Assembly: GCA_040767965.1 (NCBI GenBank)
Contig: JAXGNR010000004.1
Span: forward strand, 96,001-160,000
Origin: Atribacterota bacterium
Lineage (GTDB): Bacteria; Atribacterota; Phoenicimicrobiia; Phoenicimicrobiales; Stramentimicrobiaceae
Direction: 5' to 3'
DNA length: 64,000 nt
Shown here in pieces: positions 10,355 to 20,277 of the stretch (positions are counted from its first letter, which is position 1; every line of letters starts with the position of its first letter). Made by a program: the position numbers and the translations under genes. Below the pieces are notes generated by a model that had not been told where the DNA came from, searched no databases, and saw only the letters and a list, made by a program, of their open reading frames with translations.

Positions 10355-10957
10355 TTATTGGTTGTCCTGTGTCAGTATGCCAAGTATCACGATTTTAGCG
10401 ATCATTTCTATCACTTCTTCTGTCGAATAAGAAAACCGGGAAATTATTTCAGGCGTAGCTACATATTGAACTGCGTTAAGAATAACAAGTACAAGAATAT
10501 CAATATCAATATCTTCACGAACAAGACCATCTATCTTCCCTTGTTTTAGCAACTCCCTTAATTCATTGTTAATCATTTTTTCGCGAAGCTTAATAATTAT
10601 TTGCCATGCTTTTGGATTATTCTTGCGTATGTCCTCAAAGGCATGAATATTAAATTGGGATATTTGGGATTGAATCAAGGAAATAAAGAGTTTGAGGGTG
10701 TTTAATTTGTTTTTAGACTTACCTTTTTCTTTAATAATATCATTAATTTTTTCATTAAATTCAGCAAAAAAATCATATATTGCAGACTCCAGCAATGATT
10801 GCTTGCTTTTAAAAAATCGATAGATTGTTTTTTTACTAATTTGCAATTGAATTGCCAAGGCATCCATGGTTACTTTAGAATAACCAAAAGCAAAAAAGTT
10901 TTTTCTGGCTATTGCTAATATTCTTTTTTTACAGGAGTAATCTTCATTTTTATCCAT
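10355..10957 (-). CDS. TetR/AcrR family regulator
   Basis: GYSKVTMDALA...ISKKTIYRFFKSK HTH. Confidence 0.9.
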   Translation of the reverse strand: MDKNEDYSCKKRILAIARKNFFAFGYSKVTMDALAIQLQISKKTIYRFFKSKQSLLESAIYDFFAEFNEKINDIIKEKGKSKNKLNTLKLFISLIQSQISQFNIHAFEDIRKNNPKAWQIIIKLREKMINNELRELLKQGKIDGLVREDIDIDILVLVILNAVQYVATPEIISRFSYSTEEVIEMIAKIVILGILTQDNQ

Positions 10958-11021
10958 AATAAATCATGTTTTTATGTTTTATTTAAAAAATAGAAATTCT
11001 TAAAATTCATAAAATTACCAA

Positions 11022-11086
11022 AAATGGAAACTAATTTAATAGATATAGTTTCCATTTATTATAATTTAACCATAATTACAAGTCAA
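11022..11086 (-). promoter_or_regulatory. tetR-MMPL promoter with probable TetR operator
   Basis: Minus strand TTGACT(11086)-17-TATAAT(11063); perfect 12-bp IR AAATGGAAACTA-N12-TAGTTTCCATTT at 11022-11057, just downstream of the -10. Confidence 0.78.
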
Positions 11087-11347
11087 TCCGGTATTGTTAA
11101 AAATTATCAGTTTAATGAAAGGTTAATATTAACAAAAAACTTGATTCGGACAAGAAAACAGGTACAATATAATATTGTATGATAAAGCTATGTTTCGAAT
11201 TAAAAAATAGATAAAATAATCCTGGATTAAATATTTTTAAATACCCTTTTTATTTTATTTTTTATTAATTTAAGATATAATATATTGGAAAATATTCTAT
11301 AAATATTTTATGAGTATTAATAATCTTTTAAAAAGGAGTCGATAGTT

Positions 11348-12004
11348 GTGAAGAATATCGGTGTTGTCTTATCAGGTTGTGGTGCTCAAGATGGCAGTGA
11401 AGTTCATGAAGCAACGCTAACTTTGTTATTTTTAGATGAATTAGGAATTAATACCACCTGTTTTGCACCAAACATAGACCAATATCACACAATAGATCAC
11501 AGTGCTGGTAAAATTCAAGATAGGGAAAAGAGGAAGGTTCTAATTGAATCTGCCCGTATTTCAAAAGGTGAAATAACTGATTTGGCTGAAGCAAAACCGG
11601 AAAAGTTAGATGGTTTAATTTTCCCTGGCGGGTTCGGTGCTGCAAAAAATTTATGTGATTTTGCTTACAAACAAGAAAACTGTCAGGTAAACAAGGATGT
11701 TAAAAAAATAATTGAATCAATGCATTCTGCAGGAAAACCGCAGGGATTTATTTGCATTGCCCCAGTCCTTGCTGCAAAAGTATTAGGACCGTTTAGCCCT
11801 CAATTAACTATTGGGAATAACAAAGAAACTGCTGGGCTACTAGAGAAAATGGGTGCAAAACATATAATTACCAAAGTGGAAGATATAGCTTATGATCAGC
11901 AAAATAAAATAGCTACAACTGCAGCTTATATGCTGGGACCTACAATTTCAAAAATAGCAATAGGAATAAGGAAACTTGTTCAAAAAATAGTTGAAACAGA
12001 TTAA
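11348..12004 (+). CDS. elbB: ElbB/ES1 family DJ-1-like glyoxalase
   Basis: LSGCGAQDGSEVHE, ESARI, PGGFGAAKNL, ICIAP, AYM. Confidence 0.92.
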   Translation: MKNIGVVLSGCGAQDGSEVHEATLTLLFLDELGINTTCFAPNIDQYHTIDHSAGKIQDREKRKVLIESARISKGEITDLAEAKPEKLDGLIFPGGFGAAKNLCDFAYKQENCQVNKDVKKIIESMHSAGKPQGFICIAPVLAAKVLGPFSPQLTIGNNKETAGLLEKMGAKHIITKVEDIAYDQQNKIATTAAYMLGPTISKIAIGIRKLVQKIVETD

Positions 12005-12120
12005 AAATAATTTAATTTTAAATAATCAAGTTGCCTTTAGGTTTAAAATAAATCCATTAAAAATAAATTTATTAAATATTAATATTTAATCTTTAAAGAA
12101 TGTTATCAAGGAGAATTGAA

Positions 12121-12354
12121 GTGATCGTGAAGAAGAATGAGAAAAAAGGTTACAACCCTTCTAGAGATGATGTTTATTCAATTAAGGACTTAATAGATGA
12201 TAAGAGAAGAGAGATAAAAGATCTAGAGAGTCATTTACGGAGTTTGCCCAAAAATGATATTATTGAAAATGATGGAGAGACTGAAAGAGATAGGATTAAA
12301 AGACAGATAAAAAGGTTGGAAAAAGAGTTAAAAGGTTTACAAAGAAAATTGTAA
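12121..12354 (+). CDS. Small charged coiled-coil hypothetical protein
   Basis: AAGGAG RBS before GTG 12121; heptad pattern in the C-terminal half. Confidence 0.6.
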   Translation: MIVKKNEKKGYNPSRDDVYSIKDLIDDKRREIKDLESHLRSLPKNDIIENDGETERDRIKRQIKRLEKELKGLQRKL

Positions 12355-12438
12355 AATTAAATTATAAACTGAATTTTTTTGAAGAATGATATAATATAAT
12401 AGAATTAAGGAAAATAGAAAGACGGGAGTTTTAATATA

Positions 12439-12696
12439 TTGAAAGAAAATAACTGTTTAGAAAATAAATATTTGTTAACTATGATGGTAGCCAAAAGAGC
12501 CAAACAACTAAATCAAGGATATAAGCCTTTGTTGGTTGCAGAAGTAAAAAATAACAGGCAATTAGCCTTGAAAGAAATACGAGAAGGAAAAATATATATT
12601 AAGAAGGAGCAGGATAATTTATCTGCTGAAATAGAAGATGAAGGCAATCAGGAAGAATTTGAAGAAGAGATCATAATAGAGTCAAAAGAAGAATAA
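12439..12696 (+). CDS. rpoZ: RNA polymerase omega subunit
   Basis: NKYLLTMMVAKRAKQL...ALKEIREGKI with an acidic tail. Confidence 0.85.
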   Translation: MKENNCLENKYLLTMMVAKRAKQLNQGYKPLLVAEVKNNRQLALKEIREGKIYIKKEQDNLSAEIEDEGNQEEFEEEIIIESKEE

Positions 12697-12751
12697 TCTT
12701 GCTCGATAATTATTTTATTTAATTTTTTAATTTAATAAATAGTATTGTTAC

Positions 12752-12797
12752 AATTATAAAAGCCTGTTTTTTTAAAATAAAACAGGCTTTTATAATT
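12752..12797 (+). terminator. Intrinsic terminator after rpoZ
   Basis: 19-bp perfect IR AATTATAAAAGCCTGTTTT/AAAACAGGCTTTTATAATT. Confidence 0.8.
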
Positions 12798-12910
12798 TGA
12801 TTATTAATAACTAAAACTTAACTTTCAATATAATAAAAAAAATGTCATAATAAATATTAAATCTAAAGGCAAAAAGGGTATTTTTTTTAGAGGAGAATAA
12901 ATTTATTAAT

Positions 12911-14014
12911 ATGAAAAATAAGTATATAGTTAAAAGTATTCTGTTTTTATTTATTTTTTTGAATGCCATATTAATTTTTTCTTCAACAAAAGCAGCTGAT
13001 TTAGAAATAGGGGGTAAATTCAACACTTCAATTACTGGCTATTACAGTCAAGATTCAGAATTTGCTTATATTCCTCAGGCTAATCTTGATTGGGAACTGT
13101 TTTTACCTCGCTGGGGCAATAATGAAATTCGTTGTGCCGGTAATGTATATACAAACCTGGAAGAAGGCAAGATAGATTTTTTTTGGAAAAAATTATATTG
13201 GAAACATCGTTTTGATAAATTTCATTTGACTGTTGGAAGGCAACCTATATCTTGGTCCTTTGGCTCGTTGTTGAATCCGGTTGATTATTCCTTAGGTGCA
13301 GAAGCCCTGGATAGGGAATATAATGCTAAGTATCAGGATGCATTGGAATTGTATTATCCGATAAATTGGCATACCAGCTTATCCTTAACTGTATCACCTA
13401 TGAGTAATTGGGAAGATTTTAAAATAGGGATCAGAGGGAGAACTTTAGTTAATGATTTTGATGTTGCAGTTCATTTTATCCAGGAGCAAATTAAAAATAA
13501 AGGAAAAGGAACACAACGTTTTGGTATTACTGCAAAAGGTGATTTGGGTAAATATGGAGTTTATGGTTCTTTAGGCTATTACCATGATGAAAAAAAATCT
13601 TATTCATTTTTGCTGGGAGTTGATTATAGTTATTTTTTCCAAACAGGTAGTCGATTATACCTGCAAGCAGAATATTTAACAATTCCCCCTGAAATGTTAG
13701 CACAAATTACTGGCTCAATAATGAATAATGCTCAATATGATATTGAAAAAAACATCCAGTTGTTGGTTACGAATGCATCTTATCAAATAGATGAATTTTC
13801 CAATATAGGAATGACTGTTTTTTATAATGCTTGTGATAATTCAACCATTTTTATGCCCAATTATAGTAACCAGATTAAAGATAATATAAATTTTAAGATA
13901 CAGGCAGGGATAATAAATCAATCAGTTGTTAATACTAATCCAGAAAATAACACAATTGTATCTGATAATAATAGGAGTGGATTTATAGAAATTGGATTTG
14001 ATTATACTTTCTAA
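12911..14014 (+). CDS. Exported protein, probable outer-membrane beta-barrel
   Basis: Signal peptide, GRQPISW motif, alternating aromatic beta-strands, C-terminal GFDYTF. Confidence 0.6.
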   Translation: MKNKYIVKSILFLFIFLNAILIFSSTKAADLEIGGKFNTSITGYYSQDSEFAYIPQANLDWELFLPRWGNNEIRCAGNVYTNLEEGKIDFFWKKLYWKHRFDKFHLTVGRQPISWSFGSLLNPVDYSLGAEALDREYNAKYQDALELYYPINWHTSLSLTVSPMSNWEDFKIGIRGRTLVNDFDVAVHFIQEQIKNKGKGTQRFGITAKGDLGKYGVYGSLGYYHDEKKSYSFLLGVDYSYFFQTGSRLYLQAEYLTIPPEMLAQITGSIMNNAQYDIEKNIQLLVTNASYQIDEFSNIGMTVFYNACDNSTIFMPNYSNQIKDNINFKIQAGIINQSVVNTNPENNTIVSDNNRSGFIEIGFDYTF

Positions 14015-14139
14015 AAAAATTTGTAATTTGATTCAAAACTTATCAGGAAAATAATAATTATGGTATTTGCAAATATAAATGGAAAAAATAATTCTTTAGT
14101 ATATTAATATATTTTGTCAGAAGAGTTAGGTGAAATTAC

Positions 14140-14886
14140 ATGAAAAATATCGGTGACGAGTTTATAGAAAAAACAAAAAAAATCGAAATACACAGCTCGG
14201 ACCAGCAAAGGGGCGTTTTGCCACCTCCTTTGCAATCACCTTATCCCGGGAATCTTCAAAAGATTGAATTGCCCGGAATAAAAGATTTTAAGATAGCGAA
14301 AAAAGATTTATCAGAAGCAATAAATGAAAGACAAAGTATTAGAAATTATCTTGAAAAACCCATGCCCCTAACAGAACTTTCTTATTTGTTATGGTGTACT
14401 CAAGGTGTGAAAAATGTGTTCTCTGATACTTTTACTAAAAGAACTGTCCCCTCTGCAGGTTCACGACATCCACTGGAAACATATTTAATAATTAATAAGA
14501 TAAAGAATCTAACCCCCGGGATATATCGTTATTTAAGCCTGGAGCACAGCTTGCTTAAAATTCAAGAAGACCAGCAAATCATGAATAAAATGGTTAAAAT
14601 ATGTAATAACCAAGCTTTTGTAGGCAGTAGTGCAGTAGTTTTTATATGGAGTGCAGATATTTATAGGGTAAAATGGAGACATGGGGAAAGAGCATATCGG
14701 TATATTTTTTTGGATGCAGGTCATATTGCTCAAAACCTGTATTTATCAGCTGAATGTATTAATTGTGGTGTTTGTGCTGTTTCTGTTTTTTTTGATGATG
14801 AGGTAAACAGTCTTTTATCTTTAGATGGTAAAAAACAGTTTGTAATCTATATGGCTACAGTGGGCAAGAGGGGAGTGAAAAAATGA
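14140..14886 (+). CDS. SagB/ThcOx-type nitroreductase family protein
   Basis: RQSIRNY, RTVPSAGSRHPLETY, LDAGHIAQNLYL. Confidence 0.9.
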   Translation: MKNIGDEFIEKTKKIEIHSSDQQRGVLPPPLQSPYPGNLQKIELPGIKDFKIAKKDLSEAINERQSIRNYLEKPMPLTELSYLLWCTQGVKNVFSDTFTKRTVPSAGSRHPLETYLIINKIKNLTPGIYRYLSLEHSLLKIQEDQQIMNKMVKICNNQAFVGSSAVVFIWSADIYRVKWRHGERAYRYIFLDAGHIAQNLYLSAECINCGVCAVSVFFDDEVNSLLSLDGKKQFVIYMATVGKRGVKK

Positions 14887-15359
14887 GAAGGAAAGAAAAA
14901 GAAATAAAAAGTACTAGTGAAATGTATTCAATAATAGGTCAGGCACATTATTGCAATGTTGCTATGAGTAAAGATGATTTTCCTTATCTTGTTCCGATGA
15001 ATTTTGGGTTTTGTGATGATAGCATTTATTTGCATTCTGCAAGAGAAGGGTTGAAAATAGATATTGTAAAAAATAATCCTCAGGTTTGTATAGGGATAGT
15101 TGAAGACGTAAAAATAAAAGAAGCAAAAGCTGCGTGCAAAACAGGTATGCAATTTAAAAGTGTAACTATTTTTGGAAAAGTAGAATTTATAACAGAAAAG
15201 ATAGAAAAAGTAAAAGCACTTGACTGTATTGTACGACATTATTATAAAAATACCTCATCAGATAAAAAGAATGAAATTCAATTCGATGAAGATGCTATTA
15301 ACGAGGTAACTATTCTAAAGGTAAAAATTGAAAATATTACCGGGAAAATGTCATTTTAA
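14883..15359 (+). CDS. Pyridoxamine 5'-phosphate oxidase-like (NimA-type) flavoprotein
   Basis: MRRKEKEI, PYLVPMNFG, YLHSAREGLK, ITGK; 4-bp overlap with the upstream gene. Confidence 0.88.
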   Translation: MRRKEKEIKSTSEMYSIIGQAHYCNVAMSKDDFPYLVPMNFGFCDDSIYLHSAREGLKIDIVKNNPQVCIGIVEDVKIKEAKAACKTGMQFKSVTIFGKVEFITEKIEKVKALDCIVRHYYKNTSSDKKNEIQFDEDAINEVTILKVKIENITGKMSF

Positions 15360-15398
15360 AAACATTTAAATAGATCACCTTTAACAGAGGAGCTATTT

Positions 15399-16322
15399 AT
15401 GCCAATAAAGAATCTAGGTGCAATAGAAAATAATACCTTACTGGGAATTCTGGCAATTTTATTTTGGGGAAGCACTATTGCCTTTTCCAGAAGTTTAACA
15501 GAACAATTAGGTACAATAACAGCAGGCGGGCTGGTTTTTTCCCTAAGTGCATTATTTGCATGGATATATTCACTAAAATGTTCTTTTCATTCATTAAAAA
15601 AAATGATTCACCTATCTTCTAAATATTTGTGGGGATGTGGTATTTTTTTTATAACTTATATGGCTGCCTTATATCTGGCTATAGGATTGTCAAATAGTCG
15701 GCAACAAGCTGTAGAAATTAGTATAATTAATTATCTCTGGCCTGGTTTAACCCTGCTTTTTTCAATACCAATTTTAAAGAACAGGGCCCGATTATTGATT
15801 ATACCTGGTATTATGCTTGGATTTATTGGTGTATATATTGCAATGAACCCTTATCATAGCTTTTCTTTTGGACCATTTATTCAAAATATGAGCAATAATA
15901 GTTTACCATATATTTTTGCCTTTATAGCTGCAATATCATGGGCTTTTTATTCAATATTTGCCAGGAAATGGGCTACCGAAGGCGAAGAAGGAGCAGTGCC
16001 TGTTTTTTTACTACTTACCGGATTAATGTTACTGACACTTAGATTATTCTTTCAGGAAGAATCAATATGGAGCATTAGAACGGTCATTGAACTACTTTAT
16101 ATGGCCATTTTCCCTACATTTCTCGCTTACTCCTTTTGGGATCAGGCTATGCGTCGTGGAAATATTCTATTTGTAGTTTCTATCTCTTATTTTACTCCCA
16201 TTTTATCAGTTTTTATAAGTTCAATATACTTGCAAATCAGCATTGATATTCAATTATGGATTGCTGCATTTTTAGTAGCAACTGGGGCATTTATAAGTAA
16301 AATTTCTATCCGGGAGAAGTAA
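15399..16322 (+). CDS. DMT family aromatic amino acid exporter (YddG-like)
   Basis: AILFWGS, INYLWP, SYFTPILS; about 10 TM segments. Confidence 0.8.
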   Translation: MPIKNLGAIENNTLLGILAILFWGSTIAFSRSLTEQLGTITAGGLVFSLSALFAWIYSLKCSFHSLKKMIHLSSKYLWGCGIFFITYMAALYLAIGLSNSRQQAVEISIINYLWPGLTLLFSIPILKNRARLLIIPGIMLGFIGVYIAMNPYHSFSFGPFIQNMSNNSLPYIFAFIAAISWAFYSIFARKWATEGEEGAVPVFLLLTGLMLLTLRLFFQEESIWSIRTVIELLYMAIFPTFLAYSFWDQAMRRGNILFVVSISYFTPILSVFISSIYLQISIDIQLWIAAFLVATGAFISKISIREK

Positions 16323-16390
16323 TTATCTCTTTTTTAATTTATTTTTAGAAATAATATTTAAAATGAACAAGCAGAAAGAAGGACATAGCT

Positions 16391-16540
16391 ATGGAAGAAA
16401 GAATGAAAGGTATTATTTTAAAAATGGAGATATTAGAAAAAGCTACTAGGCAACTTTATAGAATATATGCTGAGATTTTTACTGCTGACACTTTATCTTG
16501 GGATCAATTGTCCAAAGAAGAAGAATATCATTTAAAATAG
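16391..16540 (+). pseudogene. Truncated ferritin/rubrerythrin-like fragment (49 aa)
   Basis: Translated by hand: MEERMKGIILKMEILEKATRQLYRIYAEIFTADTLSWDQLSKEEEYHLK*; E..LY..W..L..EExxH pattern; AAGGA upstream. Confidence 0.55.
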
Positions 16541-17629
16541 CTGAAAAGGTGATTTCATTTCTTCGCTGGCAACTAATAAGTCTTCAGAAATCCCTGATTT
16601 TGCTAACTGTTTTTTAATTGCCGGAACAAAATGTTTTTCAGTATAAAAGTGTTCAACGTCAATTATATTTAGGCCCATTTCTTTAGCAGTTAGAGCTTCA
16701 TGATGTTTAATGTCCCCGGTGATCAGGAGATCGGCTTTTTTTTGAATAGCTTTGTTTATTAACGATCCACCACCTCCGGTACATAGGGCAATATTTCTAA
16801 TTTGCTGGTTTTGGTTATTTGCTTTGATTGCCCTCAAATAGGGTATATGTAATTTGTCTTTAATTTTTTTACAGATAGTTTCCAGATTTTGCTCTGCGGG
16901 TAATTCGGCAAATAACCCAATACCGGATTTTGACTTGTTCGTCAATTGATAAATATCATAAGCTGGTTCTTCGTAAGGATGATTTTTATGTATAGTAGCA
17001 ATTATCTTATCTGAATCTCTTTCTCGAAAAATTGTTTCAATTTTTACTTCATGAACCAGTTCTCTTTTTCCGGTTTTGCCAATAAAGGGTTTAGTTCCTT
17101 CCATAGGTTTAAAGGATCCTTTGCCTTTTATGGTAAATGAAACTTCAGAATAATTACCGATATTTCCTGCACCCACCAAGAAAAGTTCATTTAAAAGGTT
17201 TTCTTGATATTTTTCAGGAACATATACGGCTAATTTGAAAGTTTTTTCTTTACATTCTTCCAAACAGCCAATTTTTTTTAAACCAAGAAGTTTGCCAACA
17301 TAATCATTTAAACCATTTTCAGCCAGATCATAGTTTGTATGAGCAGAAATCAAGTTTATATGATTATATAATAATTGAAAGATTACTGGATTTTCCTGTC
17401 TTGTAATTTTAGTAAGAGGCCGGAAGAACATGGGATGGTGGGATAAAATGGTATTGCAATTTTGTCTGACTGCTTCTTCTATTATTTCAGATGTAACATC
17501 CAGGCAAATTAGTATTTTGTTTATATTTTCATTAAGATCAGCATACTGTACACCGCTGTTATCATATTCTTCCTGTAAAATAAAGGGAGAAAATCTATCT
17601 ATAACGGATAAAATATCTCTGACTTTCAT
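16532..17629 (-). CDS. Nif3-like dinuclear metal centre protein (YqfO type with PII-like insert)
   Basis: DNSG, SHHP, AHTNYD, HPYEEPAYD, TGDIKHH, HFYTE; start at MKVRD after an RBS. Confidence 0.92.
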   Translation of the reverse strand: MKVRDILSVIDRFSPFILQEEYDNSGVQYADLNENINKILICLDVTSEIIEEAVRQNCNTILSHHPMFFRPLTKITRQENPVIFQLLYNHINLISAHTNYDLAENGLNDYVGKLLGLKKIGCLEECKEKTFKLAVYVPEKYQENLLNELFLVGAGNIGNYSEVSFTIKGKGSFKPMEGTKPFIGKTGKRELVHEVKIETIFRERDSDKIIATIHKNHPYEEPAYDIYQLTNKSKSGIGLFAELPAEQNLETICKKIKDKLHIPYLRAIKANNQNQQIRNIALCTGGGGSLINKAIQKKADLLITGDIKHHEALTAKEMGLNIIDVEHFYTEKHFVPAIKKQLAKSGISEDLLVASEEMKSPFQLF

Positions 17630-17672
17630 AATATATTTCCTTTTTACAGTTCTTAAATTTATAAACAGTAAA

Positions 17673-18269
17673 TCATCCTGCCATCTGATCAATTTCTTTC
17701 TTTAGTTCTCTGATATCTCGCCAGGTTAATTCTTTCGGACTTCCAGGAGTTGTCTCTTCATGTCTGAGCAGATAGCTGGGATGAAACATCGGGAAAATTC
17801 TTATTTTCCCTATCCAGTCAAACCATTGTCCACGGACTTTGGTAATGCCATCCTTAGATTTTAGTAAATATTTAGTAGGAATGTTACCCAAAGTAACAAT
17901 TATTCTAGGATTAATTAAAGCAATCTGGCTTTCTAAGTAGGGCATACAAATATCTACTTCTGATTTAGAAGGATTTCTATTGCCTGGAGGACGGCATTTA
18001 AGCATATTTGTTATAAAAATATCTTCTCTGTTGATTTGAACAGATTGTAGTATTTTTGTAAATAACTGTCCTGCTTTTCCTACAAAGGGCTTACCCTGCA
18101 AATCTTCAACCTCGCCAGGGGCTTCTCCGATAAACATTACAGGGCTATTATACTTTCCATCTCCTGGAACAGTATTATGTCTGGTTTTGTAAAGAGGGCA
18201 TTTTTGACAATTTTTTATTTTCTCAATAATTTCATCCATAATCAGAGGAATTGCTGTATTTTCAGACAT
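17673..18269 (-). CDS. Uracil-DNA glycosylase family 4
   Basis: CxxC, GEAPG, PFVG, KCRPPGNR, HPSYLLR; GGAGG RBS before MSEN. Confidence 0.93.
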   Translation of the reverse strand: MSENTAIPLIMDEIIEKIKNCQKCPLYKTRHNTVPGDGKYNSPVMFIGEAPGEVEDLQGKPFVGKAGQLFTKILQSVQINREDIFITNMLKCRPPGNRNPSKSEVDICMPYLESQIALINPRIIVTLGNIPTKYLLKSKDGITKVRGQWFDWIGKIRIFPMFHPSYLLRHEETTPGSPKELTWRDIRELKKEIDQMAG

Positions 18270-18433
18270 TGTAAGCCTCCAAAATGCCAAAGTAACAACC
18301 TATAATTAATATTTAATTAATATAATATCATTGCAGTAAAAGATAGACAAGTTTAATCCTGTTCAGGTTTTCACTAATTCTTATATTGTGATATTATATT
18401 AAAAATATTTTTAAATCTATAAAAGGAAAGTTT

Positions 18434-20158
18434 TTGATGACTAATACTGAAATTTCAAATATATTTAAAAGTATTGTAAAAATACTGAAGATTCAAGATG
18501 AAAACAGATTTAAAATAAGGGCATATGAAAGAATTGTTGATACTATCGAAAACCTTCCTGAAGAAATAGAAGTGATCTATAAAGAAGGAAGGCTAAAAGA
18601 AGTACCAGGCATTGGTGATGCTATAGCCAAAAAAATCGTGGAACTGATAGAGACTGGCAATTTAGAGTATTTTGAAAATTTAAAAAATGTGGTACCTGTT
18701 GAGCTGTTGGAATTGCTGGATGTTCCTGAGATTGGCCCTAGAAAAGCAAAACTTTTTTATGAAAAAATGGGCATAAATAATATTCATAAGCTAGAACAGG
18801 CTGCTCTTGAGCACAAACTGCAAAACCTGCCTGGAATGGGGGAGAAAACAGAAGAAAATATCCTGAAAGGTATCCAGTTATATAAAAAAAGAAAGAGGCG
18901 GGTTCTGCTCAATACAGCAATGCTAATGGCTGACAAAATTATTAAACAATTAACAAATTTTGGTCATATAGAAAAAATAAGTATTGCCGGGAGCCTTAGA
19001 AGACAGAAGGAATCAATTGGAGATATAGATATATTAGTTGCCTCTGAGGAACCAGAGAAAATTATAGGATTTTTTACCAATTTACCAGATGTGAAAGAAG
19101 TGTTAGCTGAAGGGAAAACCAAATCAGCAATATTAACAAAAGAAGATCTTCATGTTGATTTAAGGGTAGTTTCGCTTGAGAGTTTTGGGGCAGCATTGCA
19201 GTATTTTACCGGCTCCAAGGAACACAATGTACGACTTAGGGAAATGGCGGTCAGGAAGGGGTTTAAGATTAATGAATACGGGTTGTTTCAGATAAGTGAT
19301 GATAAAAAAATTGCTGGCAGGGAAGAAAGTGATATTTATCATAAATTGGGATTAGCATATATTATGCCGGAATTAAGAGAAGACAGAGGAGAATTAGAAG
19401 CAGGTCTGAATAATAATTTACCAGATCTGATTAATGCTAGTGACATTAAAGGTGATTTGCATATTCATTCTATGGATAGTGACGGAGTTAATACAATTGA
19501 GGAAATAGTAAACGCTGCCAAAGAGATGGGTTACCAGTATATTGCTATTACTGATCATACCCAATCCCTTCAAATTGCCGGGGGATTAAAAGAAGAAAGA
19601 TTAGAAGAGCAAATCTATAAAATTGATAAAATCAACCATGAACAAAATGATGTTTTTGTACTTAAAGGAGCAGAAGTTGATATAAAAAATGACGGCTCAT
19701 TAGATTTACCTGATGAAGTTTTAAAAAAACTGGATCTTGTAATTGCAGCAATACATACTGGCTTAAAACAAGAAAAAGAACAGATCATGAAAAGGCTTTC
19801 TGCTGCTATGCAAAACCCGTATGTAAATATTTTAGCTCACCCAACAGGCCGGATTATTGGATTTCGGGAGCCTTATGAATTGGATCTGCAGAAACTTATC
19901 CAGCTGGCAGCTGATACCAATACAGTACTTGAAATAAATTCATCTCCTGAGAGAATGGATTTGAATGATATAAATGTAAAAAATGCAAAAAAATTAAATA
20001 TAAAATTTGCTATTAATACTGATGCTCACCAGATAAAAAATTTGAAAAATATAACAAATGGGATATCTGTTGCCCGCCGAGGATGGTTGGAAAAAAAAGA
20101 CATTATAAATACTTTGCCTTTGCAATACCTGCTGACAATTTTAAATAAAAAGAAATAA
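18434..20158 (+). CDS. polX: DNA polymerase X with C-terminal PHP domain
   Basis: AGSLRR, GDIDIL, YFTGSK, DLHIHS, TDH, AHPTGR, NTDAH. Confidence 0.95.
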   Translation: MMTNTEISNIFKSIVKILKIQDENRFKIRAYERIVDTIENLPEEIEVIYKEGRLKEVPGIGDAIAKKIVELIETGNLEYFENLKNVVPVELLELLDVPEIGPRKAKLFYEKMGINNIHKLEQAALEHKLQNLPGMGEKTEENILKGIQLYKKRKRRVLLNTAMLMADKIIKQLTNFGHIEKISIAGSLRRQKESIGDIDILVASEEPEKIIGFFTNLPDVKEVLAEGKTKSAILTKEDLHVDLRVVSLESFGAALQYFTGSKEHNVRLREMAVRKGFKINEYGLFQISDDKKIAGREESDIYHKLGLAYIMPELREDRGELEAGLNNNLPDLINASDIKGDLHIHSMDSDGVNTIEEIVNAAKEMGYQYIAITDHTQSLQIAGGLKEERLEEQIYKIDKINHEQNDVFVLKGAEVDIKNDGSLDLPDEVLKKLDLVIAAIHTGLKQEKEQIMKRLSAAMQNPYVNILAHPTGRIIGFREPYELDLQKLIQLAADTNTVLEINSSPERMDLNDINVKNAKKLNIKFAINTDAHQIKNLKNITNGISVARRGWLEKKDIINTLPLQYLLTILNKKK

Positions 20159-20277
20159 TATTAAACTGTCTTTATTGATTTTAACAGTAATGAAATAAAA
20201 AAATACGAAGTATAAAAAATTTAGATGATAATTTAGAATAGACGAAATATTACTAAAATAGAAAAGGAGAAAGAGAA

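Noticed and set aside
14140-14886. RiPP (TOMM) biosynthetic cluster
   Set aside because: The SagB-like gene has no YcaO, precursor peptide or processing genes nearby; it looks like a standalone nitroreductase.
18270-18433. LexA box upstream of polX or udg
   Set aside because: No GAAC-N4-GTTY match was found by eye.
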